A DNA stretch of 64,000 nucleotides. Origin: Eledone cirrhosa (Eukaryota). Location of the stretch: contig OZ024740.1 of assembly GCA_964016885.1 (NCBI GenBank), positions 234,484,001 to 234,548,000 on the forward strand, written 5' to 3'. The notes beneath the pieces were generated by a model. That model saw only the letters and a list, made by a program, of their open reading frames with translations. It had not been told where the DNA came from and did no database searches. A program made the position numbers and the translations under genes. Positions 26,886-39,317 of the stretch are shown here, piece after piece; within the stretch, counting starts at the first letter, position 1; every line of letters begins with the position of its first letter.

Positions 26886-27535
26886 GCAAAAAGGGGAAAT
26901 GAAAAATTGACCTTGAAACGCAAAAAGACTTACGGTTCGACACTCAACTGATTTTGTGTCCTTCCAAAATATTTCTCCAATTTGACTGTCTGAAAGAAAT
27001 ACTGAAAATGTTTCAATATCTACCCTAGAGCAGTGTTTTCTATGGACTGTATTGTGAATTGTTTTAACTTCATGCCGCTGTACATTAATGATATTTAAGG
27101 CAACTACTGATCACATGTAGAATATTTTCTGCAGAAATTGACATTTGCTGTCGGATTTTAAAGGTTCAAAGGATTCGTTGTATCTTTTGTTTATTAGCTA
27201 TTATGTGGCTATATTCTGCTTCTGGATAACTTACGAAATATGATGTGTTCTAATGGTTACGATTCCGAGAAAAGCTATTCTTCCTATCAATGTTACATCA
27301 TCCTCAACGTTACAAGAAACATACTCCAGAATAGTCTTTTTATTTAAATTTTAATTTATCTTTTATTTATTTGTTATTCATTTAATTTTATGCAGAGTGA
27401 TTCTGTTCCAGGTCTGGGGTCACATGCAAAGCCATTGCAATGTGAGTACTTCTTGAGAAGTTCACGAGCAAACAGTAGGATATTGTTCTTGACATTTGAT
27501 CACGTTGTTCAGATAGAGCCAATCACTATCATTAT

Positions 27536-27962
27536 TTGGACAGTGGGTTAGCAGAATCGGTAGAGCGTCGGTCAACATGCTTAGCAGCATAGAGTTATGG
27601 CCCTTTGCGTTTTGAGTTCAAATCACGCCGAGGTCAGCTTTGCCTTTCATCTCGACGGGGTCGATAAAATAAAGTACCAGTAATGTACTGGGGTTGATTT
27701 AATCGACTTTCCCCCTCCCCCAAACATTGCTGGCCTTGTGCCTAAATCAGAAAACATCATTTGGACGGTGTATTGGCAGAATCGGTAGAGCGTCGGACAA
27801 CATGCTTAGCAGCATAGAGTTCTGAGTTCAAATCACGCCGAGGTCAGCTTTGCCTTTGATTTTTGCGGCGTCGATAAAATAAAGTACCAGTAATGCACTG
27901 GTGGCGATTTAATTGACTTTCCCCAAAACATTGTTGGCCTTGTGCTTAAATCAGAAACCATT
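27536..27962 (+). mobile_element. Two tandem tRNA-derived SINEs
   Basis: Two copies of gcagaatcggtagagcgtcgg...gagttcaaatcacgccgagg...gtcgataaaataaagtaccag...cttgtgcctaaatcagaaa. Confidence 0.8.
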
Positions 27963-29957
27963 ATTTCCCTTCTAGCTTCTACTTGTCATCAGGACCTAGC
28001 AAGTTTTAATATCTATAAAGCAAATTTCCTTGAGAGACCAGTTTTATGGCAAATATGACAGTAGTGCATCTTATTTGGTGTGCATGACTTTCTTTGCTGG
28101 TCATTAGCAGGAACAATTGCTCCAACTGGGCAGTCATATTTTTACTCTCCGTCAAGCTTGTTCTTACCGATTCTGGGGAGTTAGACTATTTGTTAATGTC
28201 TACGAAATCAATGATAAATGCAAGGGAAAGTCAAACTATTAACACATATATTTAAAATCCGTATTAAATGTTAATTGCATCTATGTATATCAACAGAAAC
28301 CTGGACTGGAAACTTTCTTTAAAAATTTAATTCCGCGAAAACATTATACATATTGGATCCCCGGGGATGGTTTGCCGTTATAATAAGACCAAATTGGCTA
28401 GCCATCCTGGAACCAAATCTATCCTTGTAGTATGTACGTCTGTAGATTCTTGGGATGGTCACTGTAATGGCAGACAAGTCGGCCCCAATTATGAGTTTAC
28501 CCTGCACTTAATTGCTTGGATATAATGACTCTATTAATGCAGCTGTTATTTCTATATGTACTTGTTACGTTTATTACCATCACCACCAGTAGCCCACCAC
28601 CACAATCAACATCTCCGACGTCGCCATCACCACCACCAGTAGTTCATCACCACAATCAACATCACCGACGTCGCCATCATCACCACCCTCAACATCAACA
28701 ACAACAGCAACACTGCCATTAACAGCAACAAAAACAAAATAACAAAACAGTGTCAACAGTATTCCAACTGGTCTCCTTCAAGCAATCGTTTGACAAGCTG
28801 GAAATAGCACCCAAATCTCTCTCAAACTATAAGTTACCGTTATTTAAAAAGAAGAATTCATTAAACAAAGTACTCCTAGGTATACAAAAAAAAAATTAAA
28901 TTAACATGACTGGAAAATATTTGATCATAGATCTGCTTGATCAGAGCTGACATGGGGCTAAAGAAAAACAGCAACAATAACAACAACAACAACAACAACA
29001 ATAAGTACAGACCCATTAATAGCATCAGTGAAGCTGTCAAATAGAATGTCTCTTAGCTAAAGATTTTAGCGCAAGATGTAATTGAAACCGTAACGTCTCG
29101 GTTGACTGAGTAAATTACTTTGAGAGATGGTAATTAATGTAATATAGGAAAAGGACAGTTCACGTGGAATGGGTCATTCCACTTTCCAGCTGATCTGTCT
29201 TCGTGTTGCCTATTAATGGTTGGATGGTGTGGTGGTCAGGACGATTGAGGAAGATAGTGAGAAATATAAATAAAAAGAGTGAGAGGATGGCATATCTGAA
29301 ATGACCGGAAATGAACAAAACGTGTTAACACATTCGACAAAAATCATTTACTTAATGATAATTCATTCACTGATATTTATCTCACTCTATAGCCAATTGT
29401 CAGAGTCGTTAGCTCATCAGATAGAATTCCTCGTGGTAATCGTTCTGGCTATCTGCACTTAGAGTTTAAATCCAGCAGAGGTCATCTTTGGCTTTCATAT
29501 TTTCGAGGTTGATCAATAAAAATTCCAGAACCAAGGTTTCTTCTTCTTCTTCGTCGTCCTCATTTCTTCTTCTTCTTCTTCTTTCGCTCTTTCTCTCTCA
29601 ATGTTGAAGAATCAGCTATTGTCAAATGCCCAGGATATATCTGCATGTCAAGTCACTTATGATTTTATAAGGAGTTGGTGACTCAAGGAAATAGTTATCT
29701 AATACACTGTGTATCCTGTCTCTTCTATTCTGCATATTTCTATTTAATTTTGGCTGATTGAAACTCAGGAATTTTTTCCCTTTCCCCCTTCTGGTAATTA
29801 TTTTCATTTACTACAATGATTTTTCTATCGTTGAGCAATAATTGTGCAGTCCCACCCTTATCTACGAAATTTCATTGCCCAGTGGGTGGGCAATGAGGAA
29901 AATAGATGCGTTTACTCCTTCGTCCTCCGTCTCATTTTTCCTTGTGCAACATTGCTA

Positions 29958-30042
<85 letters not shown>

Positions 30043-30073
30043 CATATATATATACATATACATATATATATAC

Positions 30074-30149
<76 letters not shown>

Positions 30150-30151
<2 letters not shown>

Positions 30152-30340
30152 CGAGGGAAAAGTGGTAATGAACCAGGTGGACCATAACGCACCAAAGTAC
30201 TCAATACTTAGGGTAGTAGAGTGGGTAATATGAGTAAGTAAGACCCCGACGGCTGAGCTCAAGCCGTTTCGACGGCAAATTCTGTACAGAATTAGCCGTC
30301 GAAACGGCTTGAGCTCAGCCGTCGGGGTCTTACTTACTCC
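30150..30340. mobile_element. Foldback element carrying an HHR 3' half (sister copy at 54192-54387)
   Basis: Palindrome 30232-30339 containing GAAAC GGCT tgagctc AGCC GTC^GGGGTC. Flanks are (TA)n. Confidence 0.7.
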
Positions 30341-31020
30341 TATATATATATATATATATATCATTTTAGTACATCATTGACGAAGCTTTAGAATACGGCC
30401 AAACTAGCGTATATGCATAATCTGTCTGTAGCTTGAGCACTCGGATGAGGAAAGACCCCAGAGTAATAACATTACGTTCAGACAGCTTAGCAAATCAGAT
30501 ATAGCTGTCGGCAGTCCGGCCGCATCACTAGAGCAACGAAAATACAGGACCCAGGAAAAGATTTTATACTGATCCGGACATAGCGGTGAGGCTGAGTGCA
30601 AAATATATAACTTACATCGTATATCAACAATATAGATCACATATAGCATCCAACATCAGCGCTAAGTTCCTGCAAATCCAAGATCGACAAATTCCTATTG
30701 CAGGAGTCTGCAGTATAATGGTTTTTGACGACAGAACATAGGATTTACTTCTTCAGCAAGTCTTTCGTTCTTTGCCTGAGCGGGTATGTTGTAGCTTTAA
30801 ATGTCGCCACAGACACGTGGTTTACTCCAAGGAAGGTAATCCCCGCTTAGGCGGTGAATTCTAATTTGAGATAAAGGAATGAATCCCTTTAGACAAACCG
30901 AATAAAGCACTCAACCATAAGTTATCAAACAAACTTAAACAATTAATCAATCAATAGAATCATCTAATTAAATTAATTAGTTAATCGTTAATTCTAGGAG
31001 TAAATATAATTTTAGTACAG

Positions 31021-31051
<31 letters not shown>

Positions 31052-31056
<5 letters not shown>

Positions 31057-32400
31057 GCGTTTCATTTTGTAAAACTATCGCTAATTATTTCATATTGATT
31101 ACATTAGTGTTTGCGTTGAGTAAATAACGAAATATACTGAATTATAGGTCAATCGAATAATATTTAGAGGTTGAACACTTCTGGAACAATTTTTAGGAGA
31201 AACTGTTTCTGATTTTCATCCTCAATAACATTATTAAACTTCTTTATGAGACAAATACCCTGTTCATAGTGTCGTTCACAATTTTCAGACCATCAACAGA
31301 TGCTTTGATACCATTGTCAGTGCAAAATTCCAAATTGTTGGGACGATGTTGAATAGATGGAAAAAATGATTTGTTTTCTTTGTAATGAAATCATTCAGTG
31401 TGCTGGATCGGGGAGTCGATGGTAATAATTCTCAATCTCAGTTGAGGACTAGCCGGCATCTGTCTTCAGGTGGGAAAGCAGATAACTCGATTTCCTGAGC
31501 CATCTTCTCACCGAGACTGGTTCTTGCTCAATAAACAGTTGAAGCGAAAATGGAGAGTTCATGTGGTAACAAGAATGGCATCGAGAGTCGCCTTTAACGG
31601 TGATTTTCGGAGCGGTGTTGACTTGAAGATTTCATCATCATCATCATTAATAGCTTGAACTAGTTGACAAACTTTCAAGAGCAACTTTCTTGGATATCTT
31701 CTTGACTTTCTTACTTAATCATGAATCTTTTCCTTCTTCTGAATGGCTCTCACATGTTCTGCATCAACACCAGCCAGGAATGAAGACATCCGATATTCCT
31801 GATGTGTCTCAAGGAAAGCTTTGTCTTCAGATGGGACATCCTTTCATTCGAGAAGATTCTGGCCTGCAATGTCAAACATTTCCTTGAAATCACCTTTCTA
31901 AATTTCACGCTTTGCAATTACTTTGTCAGTCATCCTTCATGTTTTCTGTTTTCAATCCTTGATACTCTTTATAGAATTTATCGATTGAATTGCACATGTT
32001 TTTTTTGTTTTTTTTTTGTTTTTTTTTTCTTTTTGTTTTTTTTGGCAGGTATATTTGCTTTTCCGCACAATTCCTGGGTCTTCTGGCTAGTGTATTTTAC
32101 AGTCACGAGCCAAATTCAGAAGTTTATTTGCCGTTATACTGGAAGTTTGGAGCATCTTAACCCTTTGAAATTATAGCAACATCACTGACAAGATCTGTCG
32201 GATGTAAAGCACCAAATTCCAATAAAGACTTCAAATATAGAGGTTCGCTGCATTGATTTCATTTTCAACTTGGCATTTATTTCAATTGAGAACAAAGTAT
32301 TGTTGTTTTTTTAGGGCGGGGAGAAGTGGATCAATCGTCTGGAGGAATTGCCATGGAACAATCAGTGCAACAATATTATCCATTGAAGAACTGAAACAAA
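31052..32400 (-). pseudogene. Heavily decayed hAT(m)-like DNA transposase
   Basis: Hand translation of the minus strand gives EDKAFL...FLAGVDAE and LKIVNDT...IKKFNNVIEDENQKQFLLKIV (frameshifted), resembling the VVNDxAERGV C-terminus. Confidence 0.45.
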
Positions 32401-32760
32401 CGATCTAACAAAACCTTTCTGAAGACTACCATGATTACAAAGAGCAATATTAGCTCCAAGAACAATGCAGATGATATATACTTATCTATATAGAAGCAGT
32501 ACAAGATTTAACTGAAGTTACATAAATGTGTAAGTAAATACACAGTCAAAACATCTTTTGTTACACTAGAATTTTTTTCAACACGCTGACGCCTATGTGT
32601 ATATGTGCGTGCGTGTGTGTATGTGCATATACATACATTTATATGTATGAGTATATAAATATAAACGCGCAAACACAGACACACTTACAAAAATACACAC
32701 GCACAGACATACATTCACACAAATACACACGCACATTCACACAAACACACACATACATTC

Positions 32761-32794
<34 letters not shown>

Positions 32795-33199
32795 ATACAT
32801 TTACACAACACACACATACACATACACTCACACATAGCGTAGCAAATGGAACGCCATCTGCTGTTTTGCTATAGTTTTTTACCATCCTTTTCCTTCTTTT
32901 TACATTACACATACATTCATACACACACACACACACACACAGATTGTTTGACAGACGGAAGTCGCTCAAATTTATATATAGATATTTCCCCTCGAATCGA
33001 AAAAGAGTGAAGTAATATCTATTTATCGCTTATTTCAGCGGCTTAGTGCAGTTTATTACTTACTTGAATCAATTATCAACGTAAGCACTAATACTATGCA
33101 AAATGGAGGATTTAACATTTATGGAACGGTACTGTTAACATGACACATTATAGCCGTAATAAACCATATTTTAGACCTAGAGTTCACACACAGACTTCG

Positions 33200-33860
33200 T
33201 CTTTCTGATTTAAAAAGATATAGCTAATCGACTGCCAAATAGTAGTTTCCTTCCAAGTTGTTGGACCTCTGGTCTGCTTTGTCTCTTAATATATCGGTCT
33301 ACTATATGTCTAATCTTATTTCTAGCTATGGTGAACTGTGCCTCTGTCTCGGCATCAATTTGTTGTGGTATACAAACTCTTTTATTAAAAGGTAACTTAG
33401 TAGGATAAATTTTACTCATCTGATATGTTTTGTCAGCTGGGTTGAAGAATAGTTTCTCTAAGGGGTTGTCATTATATCTATCGTCATAGTTGTGTGTTGC
33501 TATTATTGTTATTATGGTTGTTGTTGTTCCTACCATTAACATTATTATTATTGTTATGATTGTTAGATGTATTGTTGTTGTTTTCTCTATTGTTATTGTT
33601 GTTGTTACTGTTATTTCTACCATTGTGGTTGTTACTTTTATTATGTTTCTTGTTTTTGTTGTTTGTTGTTGTTGTTGTTGTTTTTGTTGTTTTTGTTGTT
33701 GTGAGTATCATTAATGTTGCTACTCGTATTATTTCCATTATTACCACTGTGGTTGTTGGTGTTGTTTTTGTGTCTGTCGTTAATGTTTCCATTATTATTA
33801 TTGTGGTTGTTGTTGTTGTTGTTGTTCTGCCTATCGTTGATAGTATTACCATTATTATTA
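33200..33860 (-). pseudogene. Second PLE family, N-terminal fragment with Asn-rich tract (continues at about 38630-38765)
   Basis: FFNPADKTYQM...LPFNKRVCIP...EAQFTIARNKIRHIVDRY...VQQLGRK aligns with 2790-2970 of the first PLE. Confidence 0.75.
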
Positions 33861-34949
33861 CCACCATACTGCAAATACAGAGAATGGGAAGAGAGAACTG
33901 GTCAGGAATAGGCATGCAAATGCTAATACAGACTGACCAGGAGGTCATCAAGGCCATCCCAGACCTCATTGACCTCGAAGAAGGGCTGCATCTCCCTATA
34001 AGCGTGGAAGGAAGGCGCCCAAAGTGCTATCTCTGTGGGCAGAAGGGTCACACCGGGCCTTCTGCCCGCAGAAGACAGCCAAAAAGAGGGCTCCCCTCAT
34101 TCCGACGCCTGATCCGCTGCTACCAACAACAGGGCAGGCAACAGAGGCAGAAGAACCTTCCATGGTGAATAGGATGGCAACGTCCGTGGCACCCATACGA
34201 AGGCCACGGACAACTAAAGCAGCGGCAGCAGTGGCGGCAACACCAACAGTCGCAGTGGCTACACCGGCGGTAAAATCGCTGGAGCGGGCTCCACTACCAC
34301 CACCAACATCAGTGGAGCTCATGCCCCTCCCGGACGCCGCGGGGTCCGACATGGAGTGTGAAGCGGGAGGGAAGTGGCAAACGGTCTGCCACAAAGAAAC
34401 AAAAATGAAAAAAACCCTTATCTTCACCCTCCATAAGCGAAGGCAGACAAAGAGGGGTAAAGGCTGCAAGGAGACTTGCAGCAACACCACCAGCATCACC
34501 ATCACCACCAACAACAACCACACCTCCACCAGCATCACCAAAAACACCAACAACGCAAACACAACAAACACACACACAAGAAGAAAACAGCAACAAAATC
34601 ACCCCTCCCCCCCAAAAGTACACAGCCATAAACATGGCAAATAAAGAACTCTTACAACATATAAAGCAGCACACAGACATCACAGAAAAAAAAACTACTA
34701 CACCCCACCAACACCAAGAACTCTCCCGACAAGCATAAGAATCATTGAAATTAAAATAGAACAGTACAAACTTTTAAAACAAAAATTCCCCAACGCAGTT
34801 AGAGACTTCAGAGGGGCGGTTACCAGGAGGATATACACGGTCATCCTCATGGAAACACCCATGACCAGCCAAAGGTACGGTTCTACTGTCCCTTCACCAC
34901 ACGATCAAGGTAAGTGACCCTTTCTCACTTGCCCCGTTTCTCATCCAAC
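33861..34949 (+). pseudogene. Tx1 ORF1 remnant (gag-like CCHC knuckle)
   Basis: ISVEGRRPKCYLCGQKGH..(frameshift)..FCP followed by a Pro/Thr/Ala-rich region. Confidence 0.7.
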
Positions 34950-37900
34950 ATGGCCGTACTTAGAATAGGCAGTATAAATGTACGTGGCCTGGGGGTCATC
35001 CTGGAAACAGGGTCACCTGCTTAACGACCTCAGGTCACTAAACATAGATGTGGTGGCCATCAGCGAGACCAGAATCTCCGATGCACGACCCTTCGCACCG
35101 ATCTTCGGCGGCTACGATGTATACGCATCTCTCAGCCGTCCAGGATCGAGGGGAGGGGTGGCAGTGCTTTTTCGGAGAGGCTTGGATTCGCCATACAGGC
35201 CACATTCCTGGATCCAGAAGGTAAGTCGGTGGTGCTGGACGTGACCGGCAGCAAAAGCATTGCTTTCAGGCTAGTAGCCATCTACGCCCCAACTGGGGTA
35301 GGACGGCGAGATTTCTTCAGACGTCTAGAGACCTTTCTTGGAACGTCCTGCTCTTTAGTGTTAGTAGGCGACTGGAACGGTATCTTAGATGCAGGCTGGG
35401 ATTATGTGGGGCTAGTAGACAGGACAAGAGGGTGTAAAAGCTTCAACAACCTGCTCAGACGTTTTGAACTGTCTGACAGGTATAGACTGGATTATCTGTA
35501 TGTGCCAATGTGGATATGGGCAAACCGCATCGGGTCATCCAGATCGTATTTAGATACGGTATTCTGTAGGGAAACAGATAAGGCTAGTGTAGGTTGTCCA
35601 CAATTTAAAGTAGTCGACTACACGGACCACACATTTGTGATCTGTGAAGTTGACTTAGATAGACTCCATAAGCAAAGAGCCCGGCTACTGGAAGCTGAAC
35701 GCGTCGTTCCCGGCACGCAAAGCTTACAGAGACCGGATTAGCGAATTAGTTAAGCGTGCGTTGACGGGTGCGATCGTCCACAACAGGTGGTGGTTTACCC
35801 TGAAAAGGGCTATTAGAGTAGAATCGATAGGGTTTAGCAAAGGAATAGTGATAGAGGAAAATAGAGTAGAAGGAGAGCTAGTTAGAAAGCTAGAAGAGGC
35901 GTTTAGGACAGGCATCGCAACCGACGTGCTTGCGGCGAGATTGGCACTCGACCAATTCTTCAATGCAAAACATGAAGGCTGCGTTGTCAGAGCTAGAGCG
36001 CGTGCTCTAAGACACGAGGGGAGGAAAGCCGTTCAATGGGCCCGGTGGTGGATGCGCGACGTGGCAACAAGTCCACAATTCGGTCTTTGCCAGATCAAAA
36101 CGGGCGCATGTTACTCTAACCCGAGCAGATGTGTGCAACTTTTCAATAGCACTTTGCCCGATTGTTCGAGAGCGACGGGCCGGATCGGGGTATGGACTTC
36201 GGTGCATACCTCCACGGACTGCTGCGGCTCTCGACGACCGTAGCGCAGTGCTATGAAAGGCCGATAACAGCTGGTGAAATACGGGAAGCGATGTCTGACT
36301 GCACGAGGGGGAAATCGCCAGGTTTGGATGGTCTAACCTATGAGCTGTATGCGTATATGCCAGACTTGTTCGGCGACCTCTTGGCAGATGTATACTGCAA
36401 CTGGCAGCAAAACGGGAGCATTCCCAGTTTTGTGAGCCGGGGAGCGGTGGAGCTGCTTAGAAAAGACCCGAACAAGGGGGACGTTATAGACAACCTCAGG
36501 CCCATAACTCTGCTAAACGCAGAGTTTAAGATTTTGGCCAAGGTGTTAGCAAAGAGATTGGCGCTTGTCGTCGGTGATCTGGTGGGAGAGGCGCAGACAT
36601 GCGCCATTCCGGACAGAATAATCCACCACAACCTCCACCTCATGCGATACATCATAGAGAGAGGGGGTTAAGCAACATGGCACGGGTGGGGTCCTGATCA
36701 ACTTGGATCAATCTAAAGCATTTGATAGGGTCGACCAACGGTACATGGCTGCGGTCTTCGAGGCGGCCGGCTTCGGGCTCGTTTTTAGGGGCTGGATCGC
36801 TGCGATGCACAGCGACATCTGCTCGATTGTGAGGGTGAATGGTCACCTGTCGCAACCTTTCAGCGTCATGCGCTCGGTCCGCCAGGGTTGCCCTCTCTCG
36901 TCCCTCTTGTACGCACTGGCCCTCGAGCCGTTACTTCACAAATTGGAGACGAAGAGGGGGATCCCACGCGAACTGGGATGCGGGAGATCCGTGTCAGCTT
37001 GCGCCGACGATGTCACCGTGGTGGTGTCGAGCACCAAACACGTCCAGATGCTCGGCACCGCTCTCAAGAAATACGAAGCTGTGACAGGAGCAAAGATAAA
37101 CCAGGAAAAGTCGGTGGGCTTGCAACTCGGCACATGGAGAGGCAAGTTCATGCCGTCCGACAGCGTCGTGGGGCGCTGGACGGAATGACCAGTTAAATTG
37201 CTCGGGTTCTGGTTCGGTTCGGACCTCCAGATGGAGAAAAACTGGAGTGGGGTGACGAGCAGGGTGGCCTCTCTCACTCAGAAATAGGCCGAGAGGAGGC
37301 TGCCTCTGAAAGGTCGGGCGGAGGTGGCGAATTCGTACATAGCGTCCATCATCTGCTACCGCCTGACCGTCGTACCTTGCCCCCGACCAACTCTGACCAA
37401 AATGGAGCGCCTTCTCTTCCGCTTTTTGTGGAAGGGACGTGCTCCCATGGTCAGACGATCCATTTGCTGTCAACACCCGTTGCGTGGAGGACTAGGCATG
37501 CCGTGGCTGATGGCGCAAACATACGCTGAGACTGCGACATCTCTGGTGCTTCCTTGACGGTGAACAGGTGTGGTCGCCGTTTGCCAGATGCGCTTTTCCC
37601 CAGCTCGTCTCCTTGATGGAGCTGCAGTCCTGGATCAGGAAAAGACCAAGGGATAGCGCTTGGAAGCTGGAATGTCTCCAAGTGCTCACCGCCCTCTACC
37701 AGCTGGGCGCTAGTCTCGGTGGAACATCCATCTCGGCGTTCTATAGAGGGCTAGTAGGGGGAAAGAGCGATGACGTTCTCGGGGAGACTCTGGGCGTCGA
37801 AGACGATCAGCTGTTCGTTCTCTTCAAGAGAACTTTCAGATCGGGGCCTATGGACAACTTCCAGAAATCCCTGGCCTGACAGTGCTATCGGGGAGCTTTC

Positions 37901-38368
37901 CCGGTTCGGGATAAGCTCTACAGGCACGGAGGTGCTGTCAGCTGAGCCTGTCCGAGATGCGCGCAGGGCGATGAAACCGTCCTGCACGCACTCGTTCAGT
38001 GCCCGAGGATTGCTGACTTGTGGAGCTATGTCGAACAGTTGCTGTCGCGTGTAAGGCGGATCCGGTTATCGACTGAGTCCATTGTGCAGATAGCCCCGCC
38101 ATCCCCTTTTAAAGAGGAGGAAGAGCAGGCAGTTTTCATCTGCCTGGTGGCCATGGCGAAAGAGATTGTGTGGTGGACAAGGTTGAAAGGGTTGAAGATG
38201 GAAAATTTCCTCTCCGGCCAATCCCTGATTAACTTTTTCAAGTTTCACTTGAAGAGGAAAATCAGGATGGAGAGGCAAGTGCTGTCTGCTAGTAAGTTTG
38301 TTGAAAGGTGGGTGAAAGTGGCGAGTCTGGTCCGAGTGAACGGGCCCGTTCTGAGTATACGCCTATAG
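34950..38368 (+). pseudogene. Tx1 ORF2 (AP endonuclease, RT, C-terminal Cys motif) with multiple frameshifts and stops
   Basis: MAVLRIGSINVRGL, VAISET, VGDWN, YLD, TDH, KSPGLDGL, LRPITLLN, DQSKAFDRVD, VRQGCPLS, CADD. Confidence 0.9.
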
Positions 38369-38763
38369 ACTGAGGAGTGGGAAAACTTAGAGAGGGCGTT
38401 TGCCCTGGTGGTCAGGGTGGCCGTGGTCTTTTGTGTGGTTTTCGCCACGAGTGACCCTCGGAAGTTCCCCCCCTATTGGGGAATTTTTGTTGTTTGAATA
38501 TTTTTGATATTTCTATCTTATTGTTATAACCTTTTTTACACGGCCAAAACCCACTTTGTATCGTCCTGTACCATTCTGTGCCGTCTGTAATGTTTTTCTT
38601 CATGTTAGCCCTTGTGGCCAATAAAGAAACCATTATTATTATTACTATTTCTCTCTCTCCTGCTATTGTTATTGTTATGACTATTACTATTATAGCTGTT
38701 ATTTCTATACTGAGTTATTGTTTATATTACTACTTTTGTTATTATTGTTGTTGTCCGTATAGT

Positions 38764-38893
<130 letters not shown>

Positions 38894-38904
38894 GAGAGAG
38901 ATGC

Positions 38905-39036
<132 letters not shown>

Positions 39037-39046
39037 AATATATACA

Positions 39047-39269
39047 GAAGTGGTTACACAACAGTTAGTTCACCATGCCGAGAAAAATTGTTTCGCCTTA
39101 GCGGATCCTCAGCTAGTATAACCATGTCCATTACGAGGTGAGGATCCGCTAAGGTGAAACAATTGTTCTCGGTATGGTGAACTAACTGTCGTGTAACCAC
39201 TTCTACCTAACTCGTCCCATGGACTGAGTGCTCTACCACTACGGATATTACCTTCCAGTATTCTACCAC

Positions 39270-39275
<6 letters not shown>
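39047..39275. mobile_element. Foldback element with an HHR in each arm; further fragment at 41645-41742
   Basis: Consensus of the arms: CGAG CTGAGGA t CC gctaa GG y GAAAC aatt GTT^CTCG (39134-39171 plus, 39079-39114 minus). Confidence 0.7.

Positions 39276-39309
<34 letters not shown>

Positions 39310-39317
<8 letters not shown>

Larger units (their letters stand above)
33861..38628 (+). mobile_element. Tx1/L1-clade LINE, 5'-truncated and decayed, with 13-bp TSD
   Basis: TSD accattattatta at 33848-33860 and 38629-38641. ORF1 zinc knuckle, ORF2 APE plus RT, 3' aataaagaaa. Confidence 0.92.

Noticed and set aside
28319-28507. Minus-strand 62-aa ORF as a host exon
   Set aside because: No recognisable homology and a weak acceptor context.
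30370-30410. TTGACGA...CAAAC as an HHR
   Set aside because: Both core halves are mutated and there are no convincing stems.
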